NCBI GenBank assembly: GCA_964016885.1
Contig: OZ024743.1
Span: 378,138,001-378,202,000, forward strand
Direction: 5' to 3'
From: Eledone cirrhosa
Lineage: Eukaryota
Length of the DNA stretch: 64,000 bases
Shown: positions 43,446-58,360 of the stretch, piece by piece
How positions within the stretch are numbered: the stretch's first letter is position 1
How the letters are laid out: each line of letters begins with the position of its first letter
Notes under the pieces: generated by a model
Database searches by the model: none
What the model saw: the letters and a program-made list of their open reading frames with translations, nothing else
What the model was told of the DNA's origin: nothing
Translations under genes and position numbers: made by a program

Positions 43446-45155
43446 AGGCGGAAAATATATTCTTCCTGCAGACACACCAGGAAAAATACATTCTCCGTCT
43501 TGAAATTCGGGCAGGAGCCACTGACAAAACATAACAACATAAAGACTACATCAGAATAACTACCACTATTTTTTCATATCTCATTTCATTACAACTGTTA
43601 TCATTGTTAATTTTATTTTTACTCCTGTAAATATTAGGTTGCATCCTTTATCATATCCCCCACTAAACATATTACCATGCATCCACCACTCTCAAACATA
43701 CCAACACATACAACATACCATTGAGGCACACACAAACCACTAGCACCATACACTTCACCACAATGGATTTCATCACCTCATTTTGTATCAGTAATTTCAT
43801 CACCGTTATTTAACATCACTTGTATTCCCTAGCACACTTTCACAGTTCTCATATTTTTTCTACCACCATTTAACACCACATGATATCTACATGCAATGCA
43901 AACACACGTACATCTACACCTGTTTCATGTGTGCATACATGTGTGTATATATATGTATATGTACATATATATGGGTACGTGAGTGTGTATGGATACATGT
44001 GCATATGTGTTTGCCTGCACCCCTGCACAACCATATAGTAGTATGGACCCCCCGGACTATGAGCATATCTCATTAGCGTGTACACATGCAGAGACGTAGA
44101 CATATGTATGATACTGGCATGGGATGCTGTGTCCGAAAATACCTATAATTCGTATATGTATGTGAGCTTGTTGTGCCAGTGCAGAATGACCAGTATGGAC
44201 ATTCCATATGCCCTTCCACGAGCAGACGCATCTAGTAATGTATGCCCATCTGGCTCTGTGTACCTTCCGCATGTGCCTCTGTGGGGTGATGCATGACTGT
44301 GTATATGTATTTACATTGATGCATGCGTGGATGTGCATGCATATCCATATGCCCCTGGGTGCGTGTGTACTCATGTATATTTATTTTCCTCTTTATATTC
44401 TTTCACACATTATGCACTAAACAGGTATTTTTCCCCTACCGACAGTGTTTTAGCAACCTCTCCAAACGATTATTTTAAATAAAAAATGTCTTTATAGTCT
44501 TTTCTATGATCTTTTCAAACACTAACCTCATACCATAATTCTTCATTTATATATATTTTCAAACACTAACTTCATACCATTCTCATCACCTCATTAATTC
44601 TTTATAGTGCAAATCCCCTTTACTGATGTCTAAAGAGTATAACCTACTTCCTTTATGCCCACTCACTCTTCTGTGACACTCTGATGACCAGCAGATACCC
44701 CCCTACCCCTAGTACAACACTGCATTCTTTCATGTCCTGTCACACACAGCCCTACCACACCCACACCACACACAGCACTTCAGCCTCACCACACTCCACA
44801 ACTCACATCATCCATTGCTCTCCACCACTACCTTGTGGCTACAACCCCCCCCCCCCCTCCCTATCATACATGCCAAACATTCCTCATAGCTAAACCACCA
44901 ATCAAAACAACATAAATTGACCACCATATGAACATTACAGACATTTCTATGATTTATATATTCATTCTGTCGTTACAACAGCAGAGGTACAACGAGCTTT
45001 TGATTCCAGAGTCGGGCCAGATCAAACCTTGAGCTGATCAATAACAAAATGCACCTCACCAATCAATAAACGTAATGAAGGCCTAACAAATCGTCCTTGT
45101 ATTATTATATTATTATATATATATATATATACACATCTATATATATATATATATA

Positions 45156-45345
45156 TCGATCGACTTTCGTCAAATCGGACCGAGGAAACAATGTTTCCAT
45201 TGGTCTTTTCAGTTGCTAGTACTATCTATCGGTCGCAACTCCAGGTAGAAGGAGCAACGTGAAATAAAGTGTCTTGCTCAAGGACAACACATCACAACCT
45301 CAAGATTGTGAATCCAATTCTCTAATCCCTCAGCCTTCACATCTG
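45156..45345 (-). mobile_element. Decayed CORE-type SINE fragment
   Basis: gcaacgtgaaataaagtgtcttgctcaaggacaacacatcac matches the CORE segment of the SINE at about 61065-61107; flanked by (TA)n; boundaries approximate. Confidence 0.6.
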
Positions 45346-45383
45346 TATATATATATATATATATACACACACACATCTATATT

Positions 45384-46083
45384 ATCATCATGACCGTTTT
45401 ACGTCCATGCTAGCATGGGTTGGACGGGTTGTCCTGTTGTGGGCAGTGTCCGGTCGGCTGACCATGCCGTGCTCATACAGGAACTGATTCTGGCTTGATT
45501 TCTACAGCTGGATGCCCTTCCTAACACCAACCTCATTTACAGTGAGTGCTGGGTGCTTTTTTTCCGTGGCGCCTACACGTCCACTTTACAGTGTGGGCTG
45601 GGTGTTTTTTTGCCGTGGAGCCTCCACGGCCACTTTGCAGTGGGAGGGTGTGGGGGCATATTGTCTATATGCTTCAGCTTCGGCTTGTACCTGTAGGGGG
45701 TCGGGTCTTCTGTATTACTGCGTGACGCCAGGTCACGGTCCTGTGTCATCGCCTTTGAGAGGTGTAATTAGGTAAGGTCGGCTTTTATCCCCTCATCCCA
45801 GGTCTTCTTGGGTCTCCCTACTCCGCGGTTTCCGTCGACTTCTAGTGCTCTGCACCTTTTTATGCAGCTGTCATCCTTCATACGCATCACATGTCCATAC
45901 CAACGCAACCGCCTCTCCTGCACACAGCATTTGATACTTCTTATGCTCAGTCTCTCTCTCAATTCATTTATGCTTTGCCGTTCGCATATATTACTATTAC
46001 ACATCCATCGGAGCATGCAGACTTCGTTTCTTTCTAATGTACGTAAGTCTTCCACCTTCAGCGCCCAGGTCTTACTACCATAT
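45384..46083 (-). mobile_element. 5'-truncated RTE LINE copy, family A
   Basis: ORF end EDLRTLERNEVCMLRWMC...RLRWYGHV...GRPKKTW plus 3'UTR and short (TGA)n tail; close relative of 46117-47627. Confidence 0.93.
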
Positions 46084-46116
46084 AAAATATATATATATAT
46101 ATAACATATATATATA

Positions 46117-47627
46117 TCATCATCATCATCATCATCACCGTTTTACGTCCGTTCTTCCACGCTAGCATGGGTTAGACGGGTTGTCCTGTTGTGGGCAGTG
46201 TCTGGTCGGCTGACCATGCCTTGCTAATACAGGAACTGATCTGGCTTGATTTCTACAGCTGGATGCCCTTCCTAACACCAACCTCATTTACAGTGAGTGT
46301 TGGGTGCTTTTTCGTGGCGCCTACACGTCCACTTTACAGTGTGGGCTGGGTGCTTTTTTGCCGTGGCACCTCCATGACCAGCTTGCGATGGGGGGGGGGG
46401 GGGGGGGGGCATATTGTTTATATGCTTCAGCATGTACCCATGGGAGGTCGGGTACCCTGTATTACTGCGTGACGCCAGAAGTCACGGTCGTGTGTCATTG
46501 ACTTTGATAGGTGTAGTTGGGTAAGGTCGGCTTTTATCACCTCATCCCAAGTCATCTTGGGTCTCCCCACTCCGCGGTTTCCATCAACTTCTAGTGCTCT
46601 GCACCTTTTTATGCAGCTGTCATCCTTCATACGCATCACATGTCCATACCAGCGTAACCGCCTCTCCTGCACGCAGCATTTGATTCCTCTTATGCTCAGT
46701 CTCTCTCTCAATTCATTTATGCTTTGTCGTTCACGTATATTACTGTTACACATCCATCGGAGCATGCAGGCTTCGTTTCTCTCTAATCTACGTAAGTCTT
46801 CCACCTTCAGCGCCCAGGTCTCACTACCATGCAACATCGCTGTTCGGATACACGCATCATACAGTCTGCCTTTCATTCTGAGGGAGAAGCCTTTTGCAGC
46901 TAGCAGTGGTAGTAGTTCCCTAAACTTCTTCCATCCCGTTCTTACCCTAGTTATTGTACTTTCTGAGCACCCACCTCCGTTGCTAATTCGGTCACCTAGG
47001 TAGCAGAAGCTGTCTACTGTTTCTACAGGGCCCTCCCAGAGATTGGTGGTACTTGTTTCCTGTGGCTGTTTGCTTGCTGTTTCAGCACAGCTGCTGCATG
47101 TGAATCCTACATTCTTAATTAAGCTTCCTGAGATCCCGCTACATCTCTTGTGTACCCATTGTTTGCATTTGGGGCAAAGAATGGAGTTCCTACCTACACC
47201 TTTCCTACATACTGAGCAAGGCCATTTCCCTGAGGGGATCTGGGTTCTGTTTTCTCGTCTACTTATAAGGACCTTAGTCTTTGTCATGTTGACTTTGAGG
47301 CCCTTTCTCTCTAGTCCCTGCTTCCAGGTTTGGAATTTATTCTCTAGTTCTACCATAGATTCAGCTATGAGTGCGAGGTCATCAGCATACAGGAGTTCCC
47401 ATGGGCATCCGGTCTTAAACTCCTCCGTTATTGCCTGCAGGACTATGATGAACAGGAGAGGGCTAAGAACAGAGCCCTGGTGGACCCCAACCTGTACGCT
47501 AAATTCCTCGCTATACTCATTGCCAATCCTAACTTTGCTGACTGCTCCCCTATACATGGCTTGTACCGCTTTCACAAGCCATTCATCTACTCCTAGTTTT
47601 CTAAGAGCCCACCAGATTACTGCACGT
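46117..47627 (-). mobile_element. 5'-truncated RTE LINE copy, family A; open RT C-terminal half (46427-47627)
   Basis: [23 protein letters not shown]-like finger, [14 protein letters not shown]; 3'UTR and (TGA)n tail; the long YI-repeat N-terminus of the listed ORF is microsatellite. Confidence 0.97.
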
Positions 47628-49755
<2,128 letters not shown>

Positions 49756-50008
49756 TCATCATCATCATCATCATCAACGTTTAACGTCCGTGTTCCACGC
49801 TTGCATGGGTTTGGACGGGGGTTTTCCCACTTGAGGCAAGAGTGATTGTCTTGCTCGCATAGGAATGTCTGGCAGGTTTTCTACAGTTGGATGCCCTTCC
49901 TAACACCAACCACATTTACAGTGTGGGTCTGGGAGGTTTTTACTGTGTTGCCTACACGGCCACATTACAGCGTGGACTGTGTGTTTTTTGTCGTGACACC
50001 TACACGAT
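49756..50008 (-). mobile_element. 3'UTR-only copy of RTE family B
   Basis: Near-identical reverse complement of about 57966-58219, with (TGA)n tail. Confidence 0.93.
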
Positions 50009-50018
50009 ATATATATAC

Positions 50019-50087
<69 letters not shown>

Positions 50088-50158
50088 CATATATATATAT
50101 ACATATATATATACATATATATATATACATATATATATACATATACATATATATATAC

Positions 50159-50191
<33 letters not shown>

Positions 50192-50223
50192 TATATACAT
50201 ATATATATACATATACATATAAA

Positions 50224-50610
50224 TCATCATCATCATCATCATCAGGTTTAGCGTCCGTGTTCCACGCTTGCATGGGTTTGGACGGAGGTTTTCCCACTTG
50301 ATAGAGATGCCTACTGACTGTAGTAGGTTTTTACTTTGTACTTAGGCAAGGCGGGTCTTCTGTATTACTGTGTAGCACCAAAGATCTCGGTCCAGTGACA
50401 TTGTCTTGGAGAGGTGTAAGTGTGTGAGGTCGGAATTTATCAGCTCGTCCCATGTTTTTCTGGGTCTGCCTACTCCGTGGCTACCGTCTATCTTTATTGC
50501 CCTGCACTTTGTTATACAGCTGTCGTCTTTCATGTGCATCATGTGACCGTACCAACGTAGCCTTCTCTCGAGTAAACTACATCTGATCCCTCTTATTTCT
50601 AATTTTTTTT
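50224..50610 (-). mobile_element. RTE family B-related fragment: ORF end joined to the terminal approximately 75 bp of the tail
   Basis: [43 protein letters not shown]...KTRLA, a short linker, then tcaagtgggaaaacc...(TGA)n. Confidence 0.88.
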
Positions 50611-50617
50611 TTTTTTT

Positions 50618-50779
50618 AATATATCTATATCTATATATATATATATCTATATATATATATATATATATCTATATATATATATATATATATATATATCTAT
50701 ATATATATATATATCTATATATATATATATATATATATCTATATATATATCTATATATATATATATATCTATATAGATA

Positions 50780-50833
<54 letters not shown>

Positions 50834-50947
50834 TATCTATATATATAGATATCTATATATATATATATATATATATCTATATATATATATATATATCTAT
50901 ATATATAGATATCTATATATATATCTATATATCTATATATATATATA

Positions 50948-51008
<61 letters not shown>

Positions 51009-51045
51009 GTATATATATGTATATATATATATATATATCTATATA

Positions 51046-51098
<53 letters not shown>

Positions 51099-51225
51099 GT
51101 ATATATATGTATATATATATATATATATCTATATATCTATATATATATCTATATATATATATATATATATATCTATATATATATGTATATATATATCTAT
51201 ATATCTATATATATATATATATATC

Positions 51226-51271
<46 letters not shown>

Positions 51272-51294
51272 GTATATATATATATATATATATA

Positions 51295-51339
<45 letters not shown>

Positions 51340-51753
51340 GTATATATATATGTATATATATACATATATGTATACATATATGTATACATATATATATACA
51401 TATATATATACATATATATATATACATATATATATACATACATATATATATACATATATATATACATATACATATATATATACATATATATATATACATA
51501 TATATATACATATATATATATACATATATATATACATATATACATATACATATATATATACATATATATATATACATATATATATACATATATATATATA
51601 CATATATATATACATATATATATATACATATATATATACATATATATATATACATATACATATATACATATATATATATACATATACATATATACATATA
51701 CATATATACATATATATATATATACATATATATATATACATATACATATATAC

Positions 51754-51793
<40 letters not shown>

Positions 51794-51939
51794 ATATATA
51801 CATATATATATACATATATATATACATATATATAGATATATATATATAGATATATATATAGATATATATATATATATACATATATATAGATATATATATA
51901 TGTATATATATATAGATATATATATATATATATATATAT

Positions 51940-51978
<39 letters not shown>

Positions 51979-52033
51979 TATAGATATATATATATATATG
52001 TATATATATATAGATATATATATATATATATAG

Positions 52034-52080
<47 letters not shown>

Positions 52081-52153
52081 CATATATATAGATATATATA
52101 TATGTATATATATATAGATATATATATATATATAGATATATATATATATATAG

Positions 52154-52221
<68 letters not shown>

Positions 52222-52273
52222 ATATATATATATGTATATATATATAGATATATATATATATATAGATATATAT

Positions 52274-52328
<55 letters not shown>

Positions 52329-52342
52329 TATATATATATATG

Positions 52343-52382
<40 letters not shown>

Positions 52383-52389
52383 TATATAT

Positions 52390-52472
<83 letters not shown>

Positions 52473-52491
52473 TATATATATATATATATAT

Positions 52492-52548
<57 letters not shown>

Positions 52549-52730
52549 TAGATAGATATATATATATATATAGATAGATAGATATATATATATATATAGA
52601 TATATATATACATATATATAGATATATATATATATATATAGATATATATAGATATAGATATAGATATATATAGATATATATATAGATATATATATATATA
52701 TAGATATATATATAGATATATATGTATATG
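50618..52730. repeat. Interrupted (TA)n microsatellite array
   Basis: Direct reading. Confidence 0.97.
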
Positions 52731-53032
52731 TGTGTGTCCGCATGTATCTGTGTGTTTCTAAATATATTGTTAATAACTCCCTCTGGTTGAGTAATCTTTG
52801 AAGTGTGGTGGCTGCTGGAAAGCTGCCATTACTCATACTTCTCGCCTCCTTCACCACCTCTTCTACGGCTTCGATATGAATGCCCCCTCCGCCTCTGTGT
52901 ATTTTTATCAGGGTTATAAGAGGCTTAGCTCTGTTTCTCGACCGTTATATCGCGTGACTATCTCCCCCTCCGCCTTTTGGGATTCTTTCTCACGTCGTGT
53001 AGACGCGTTCTTGAGACTAGTAAGATGAGGTA

Positions 53033-53122
53033 TCCTCTTGACAAGTCGGCAGACCTCGCAGGGACTCTATATCTTTATGATGTATTGTTTTTGTTTATGC
53101 CACGAAACTACGTAGTCGAGGA
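53033..53122 (+). ncRNA. Minimal type I hammerhead ribozyme motif (Penelope/retrozyme-type) with a U3-A8 core
   Basis: Stem I TCCTC/GAGGA; core TTGACAA; stem II GT(C)GGCA...TGCCAC; GAA; palindromic stem III ACTACGTAGT; cleavage triplet GTC ending at 53117. Confidence 0.7.
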
Positions 53123-53194
53123 ATCTAGGAGCAGTTTAAGTATAATACATTTTATTACTAATTATATCTAAATGTTTCTTCTCTCTTCATAATG

Positions 53195-53212
53195 ATATAT
53201 ATATATATATAT

Positions 53213-53259
<47 letters not shown>

Positions 53260-53340
53260 TATATATAGATATATATATATAGAGATATATAGATATATAT
53301 ATATAGAGATATATATATATATAGAGACATATATATATAT

Positions 53341-53381
<41 letters not shown>

Positions 53382-54546
53382 TATATATATAGAGAGAGAT
53401 ATATAGATATATATATAGAGAGAGATATATAGATATATATATAGAGAGAGATATATATATATATATATATAGATATATAGAGAAATATATATATATATAG
53501 AGAGAGATATATATAGAGACATATATATATATAGATATATATATATAGAGACATATATATATATATATAGAGAGATATATATAGAGACATATATATATAT
53601 AGATATATATATATATATAGATATATATATATATATAGAGAGAGATATATATATATATATAGAGACATATATATATATATAGAGAGAGAGATATATATAT
53701 ATATATAGAGACATATATATATATATAGAGAGAGAGATATATATATAGATATATATATATATATATAGAGACATATATATATAGAGAGATATATATATAT
53801 ATATAGAGACATATATATATATATATAGAGAGAGATATATATATATATATAGAGACATATATATATATATATAGAGAGAGAGATATATATATATATAGAG
53901 AGAGACATATATATATATATATATAGAGACATATATATATATATATAGAGAGAGAGATATATATATAGAGAGAGAGAGACATATATATATATATAGAGAG
54001 AGACATATATATATATATATATAGAGACATATATATATATAGAGAGAGAGAGATATATATATATATAGAGACATATATAGATATAGAGAGAGAGAGATAT
54101 ATATATAGAGACATATATATATATATAGAGAGAGAGATATATATATATATATATATAGAGATATATATATATAGAGAGATATATATATATAGATAGATAT
54201 ATATATAGATAGATATATATATAGAGAGATATATATATAGATATAGATATATATAGAGAGATATATATATAGATATAGATATATATAGATATAGATATAT
54301 ATAGATATATATATATATAGATATATATATATATAGATATATATATATATAGATATATATATATATAGATATATATATATATAGATATATATATATATAT
54401 AGATATATATATAGATATATATATATATATATAGATATATATATATATATATAGATATATATATATATAGATATAGATATATAGAGATATATATATATAG
54501 ATATATATATATATATATATAGATATATATAGATATATATATATAT

Positions 54547-54581
<35 letters not shown>

Positions 54582-54682
54582 TATATATATAGATATAGAT
54601 ATATATAGATATATAGAGATATAGATATATATAGATATATATAGATATATATATATATAGATATATATATATATAGATATAT
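53195..54682. repeat. (TA)n/(GA)n compound microsatellite array
   Basis: Direct reading. Confidence 0.97.
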
Positions 54683-57600
54683 ATGCCAAAGTTCAAGTCA
54701 AATTCACCTCGTGGACGAGAATGCGAGCACTCCTCTTTGTTTCGTCCGCGGATGGCTAACATAACCCTATCTCCTCCCGCCCCCCACCACCCCCACCCTC
54801 CAAACGCAACCCAAAACTTCAGAGTTGGTACCATAAATGTAGGCACCCTAAAGGGTCGCGCTAACGAGGTTGTAGAAATGCTTGAACGTAAGGAGGTCGA
54901 TGTTTGTTGTATTCAAGAGACCAGGTGGAGGGGTGGGTCTGCTAGATTCATTGAGGGTAAAAAACGATGTTATAAGCTTTTCTGGGTGGGAAACGACGAT
55001 GGGCTGGGTGGAGTAGGAATCATGGTAGCAGAAAAGTGGGCAGATAAGATAATAGACGTAAATAGAGTGAACGACAGAATAATTAAAATAAGACTTGTCC
55101 TCAATAGAACTACGGTGACAGTAATATCTGCGTACGCACCCCAATCCGGACTGCCCGGCACTATAAAAGACAGATTCTATGAGACACTGTTGCTAACTAC
55201 CTCCCAAATATCTGACAGTGACTATATAATTATTGCAGGCGACCTAAATGGTCACGTTGGACAACATTGTGACGGCTATGACGAAATCCATGGAGGCTAT
55301 GGGTTTGGTACTAGAAATGAGGAAGGCTCCAGAATTCTGGAATACTGTGATGCAAATAACCTAACTATCTGTAACACTAACTTCAAAAAACGTGACAATC
55401 ACCTGATTACCTATAGATCCGGGGAACACACAAGCCAGGTAGATTATATCCTTACCAGAAGACGTGACAGAGTGTCTGTTGTAAACACTAAATCCCTCCC
55501 CCATGAAGAATGCACCTCCCAACATAGACTGATAATTAGCGACCTCATAGTCAGGACGAGACGCACCCGACAGCAGAAGAGGACTATCCTCAGGAGGAAA
55601 ATATGGAAACTAAAGGACCCCACAGCCAGAAATAAATTTCAAAGCATATTACTTGATGCTTTCGACAGTAAGGAAGAGCATCTAGAATCGGACAATATAG
55701 AGGGACAGTGGAAATTTCTGAAAGCAAACCTGCTGTTGGCGACAGACGAAGTCTGTGGCTGGAGCAGGCCTGTAAGCAGGAGGAGAGTAACATGGTGGTG
55801 GAACAATAGGGTGGAAGGGTCAATTAAGGCCAAAAAGCAGGCTTGGAAAGTATGGCGGGATGGGGGAAGTAGAGTAGACTATCAAGTGGCCAGGAGGGAA
55901 GCTAGGAGAGAAGTGTACTTAGCAAGAAGGGAAGCTGAGGAAAGAAAGTTCAAGCATGTTCTACAACGCGATGACCAAAAACGTGAGGTGTTCAGGATTG
56001 CCAGGCAATGCGTCAAGGAAAACCGTGATATTGTCGGGGAGAAGTGTGTACTTAACGATGATGGCATACTTGCCATCACCGACACTGATAAGAAGGTAGC
56101 TTGGAAGTGTCACTATGAAAGGCTACTAAATGAGGAGAATAAATGGGAGAAAGACAGTCTCCCCCTTATCGACCCGATAGAGGGACCAGCAGTGTTAGTC
56201 GAGGGGAGTATAATAAGTAAGGCAATCAAGGATATGAAGACTGGTAAGGCGGCTGGGCCTTCGGAAATAGTTGCTGAGATGCTGAAGGCATCTGGCACGG
56301 TGGGACACAACATGGTCACCCGCATAGTTAACCAAGTCGTACAGAATGGGGTTGTTCCGAAGGACTGGCATAGCAGCATCATCGTTAACTGTTATAAGGG
56401 TAAAGGAGACGCCCTAGATAGGAGTAACTATAGAGGCATTAAATTAATCGACCAGGTCATGAAGGTCACGGAAAAAGTAATAGCGCAACTAATCAGAGAG
56501 AGAATTGATCTAGATGAAATGCAGTTCGGGTTTGTGTCAGGCAAAAGCACCACAGACGCTCTTTTCATAGTACGACAACTACAGGAGAAGTACCTAGCTA
56601 AAGGTAAGCCCCTCTACTTAGCTTTTGTCGACCTGGAGAAAGCCTTCGACAGAGTCCCCCGCTCCATTATCTGGTGGGCTCTTAGAAAACTAGGCGTTGA
56701 CGAATGGCTTGTGAGGGCTATACAAGCCATGTATAAAGAAACAGTCAGCAAGGTTAGAATTAACAACGAATATAGTGAAGAGTTTAGCGTAAAAGTTGGC
56801 GTCCATCAGGGCTCTGTTCTCAGCCCCCTACTATTTATTATTGCCCTTCAGGCTATAACAGAGGAGTTCAAGACAGGCTGCCCATGGGAACTCCTATACG
56901 CAGACGACCTGACACTCATAGCGGAATCAATGGCCGAGCTAGAGAAGAAATTCCAAACATGGAAGCACGGCCTAGAGTCAAAAGGACTTAAAATTAACCT
57001 GGCTAAGACCAAAGTTCTAGTTTGTAGGAAAGAAAACAAGGCGGCGGTCCCTTCTGGGAAATGGTCGTGCTCGGTATGTAGGAAAGGCGTAGGTAGAAAC
57101 TCCATCTTATGTCCTAAATGCAAAGTATGGGTGCATAAAAGATGTAGTGGGATCACAGGTAAGCTAACTAAGAACATAGACTTTACATGTGGCCGGTGTT
57201 CTGGTGCAATAAGTAGCAGCAAGTGCCCACAAAATACTAGCTCTTTCAATTGCGCAGAGGGTTCTATAGAAATAGTGGACAGCTTCCGTTACCTGGGCGA
57301 TAAAATCAGCAGTGGGGGAGGGTGCTCTGAAAGTACTGTAGCTAGAGTCAGAACTGGTTGGAAAAAGTTCAGAGAGCTTATACCACTATTAGCTGCTAAA
57401 GGGTTCTCCCTAAAAATGAAAGGCAGGTTGTACGATGCCTGCATACGAACAGCAATGTTGCATGGTAGTGAGACCTGGGCATTGTGTGCAGAGGATATAC
57501 GCAGACTAGAGAGGAACGAAGCTTGCATGCTCCGCTGGATGTGTAACAGTAATATACGTGAACGGCAAAGCATAAACGAACTAAGGAAAAAATTAGAGAT

Positions 57601-57865
57601 AAGAGGGATCAGATGTTGTTTACTCGAGAGAAGGCTGCGTTGGTATGGACACGTGATGCGCATGAAAGTCGATAGCTGTATTACAAAGTGCAGGGCAATA
57701 AAGATAGACGGTAGCCACGGAATAGGCAGACCTAGAAAAACATGGGATGAGCTGATAAACTCCGACCTCACACACTTACACCTCTCCAAGACAATGTCAC
57801 TGGACCGTGACCTTTGGCGGTACTCAGTAACAGAGAAGACCCGCCTTGCCAGTAGGCATATCTAA
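54683..57865 (+). CDS. RTE ORF: APE-type endonuclease plus reverse transcriptase with an embedded PHD-like zinc finger (1060 aa)
   Basis: EN motifs [40 protein letters not shown]; RT motifs [39 protein letters not shown]. Start uncertain because the first ATG overlaps the TA repeat (alternative Met at 54752). Confidence 0.95.
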   Translation: MPKFKSNSPRGRECEHSSLFRPRMANITLSPPAPHHPHPPNATQNFRVGTINVGTLKGRANEVVEMLERKEVDVCCIQETRWRGGSARFIEGKKRCYKLFWVGNDDGLGGVGIMVAEKWADKIIDVNRVNDRIIKIRLVLNRTTVTVISAYAPQSGLPGTIKDRFYETLLLTTSQISDSDYIIIAGDLNGHVGQHCDGYDEIHGGYGFGTRNEEGSRILEYCDANNLTICNTNFKKRDNHLITYRSGEHTSQVDYILTRRRDRVSVVNTKSLPHEECTSQHRLIISDLIVRTRRTRQQKRTILRRKIWKLKDPTARNKFQSILLDAFDSKEEHLESDNIEGQWKFLKANLLLATDEVCGWSRPVSRRRVTWWWNNRVEGSIKAKKQAWKVWRDGGSRVDYQVARREARREVYLARREAEERKFKHVLQRDDQKREVFRIARQCVKENRDIVGEKCVLNDDGILAITDTDKKVAWKCHYERLLNEENKWEKDSLPLIDPIEGPAVLVEGSIISKAIKDMKTGKAAGPSEIVAEMLKASGTVGHNMVTRIVNQVVQNGVVPKDWHSSIIVNCYKGKGDALDRSNYRGIKLIDQVMKVTEKVIAQLIRERIDLDEMQFGFVSGKSTTDALFIVRQLQEKYLAKGKPLYLAFVDLEKAFDRVPRSIIWWALRKLGVDEWLVRAIQAMYKETVSKVRINNEYSEEFSVKVGVHQGSVLSPLLFIIALQAITEEFKTGCPWELLYADDLTLIAESMAELEKKFQTWKHGLESKGLKINLAKTKVLVCRKENKAAVPSGKWSCSVCRKGVGRNSILCPKCKVWVHKRCSGITGKLTKNIDFTCGRCSGAISSSKCPQNTSSFNCAEGSIEIVDSFRYLGDKISSGGGCSESTVARVRTGWKKFRELIPLLAAKGFSLKMKGRLYDACIRTAMLHGSETWALCAEDIRRLERNEACMLRWMCNSNIRERQSINELRKKLEIRGIRCCLLERRLRWYGHVMRMKVDSCITKCRAIKIDGSHGIGRPRKTWDELINSDLTHLHLSKTMSLDRDLWRYSVTEKTRLASRHI

Positions 57866-58219
57866 CAAAATACACCCCTCCCGCCGCCACCCCCACCCCA
57901 TCCACACCACCCCGTTCTATGTAAAGTTATGTTGGTGCCGCGCCATCCAGGCCGAAACAAATGAGATCGTGTAGGTGTCACGACAAAAAAACACACAGTC
58001 CACGCTGTAATGTGGCCGTGTAGGCAACACGGTAAAAACCTCCCAGACCCACACTGTAAATGTGGTTGGTGTTAGGAAGGGCATCCAACTGTAGAAAACC
58101 TGCCAGACAGTCCTATGCGAGCAAGACAATCACTCTTGCCTCAAGTGGGACTACCCCCGTCCAAACCCATGCAAGCGTGGAACACGGACGTTAAACGTTG
58201 ATGATGATGATGATGATGA
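54683..58219 (+). mobile_element. Near-full-length RTE-clade non-LTR retrotransposon (family B)
   Basis: Single uninterrupted EN-RT ORF, about 350-bp 3'UTR, (TGA)n tail, (TA)n on both sides. Confidence 0.97.
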
Positions 58220-58246
58220 GATATATATATATATATATATATATAT

Positions 58247-58285
<39 letters not shown>

Positions 58286-58360
58286 TAGATGTATATATAT
58301 ATATATATATAGAGATAGATGTATATATATATATAGATATATATATATATATAGATATAT

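Noticed and set aside
43880-44380. CA/TG-rich region with weak inverted similarity and short ORFs
   Set aside because: Explained by decayed purine-pyrimidine repeats; no defined termini or protein motifs
54848-57789. Antisense ORFs over the RTE (also 46557-47600)
   Set aside because: Shadow frames of the RT gene with no independent features
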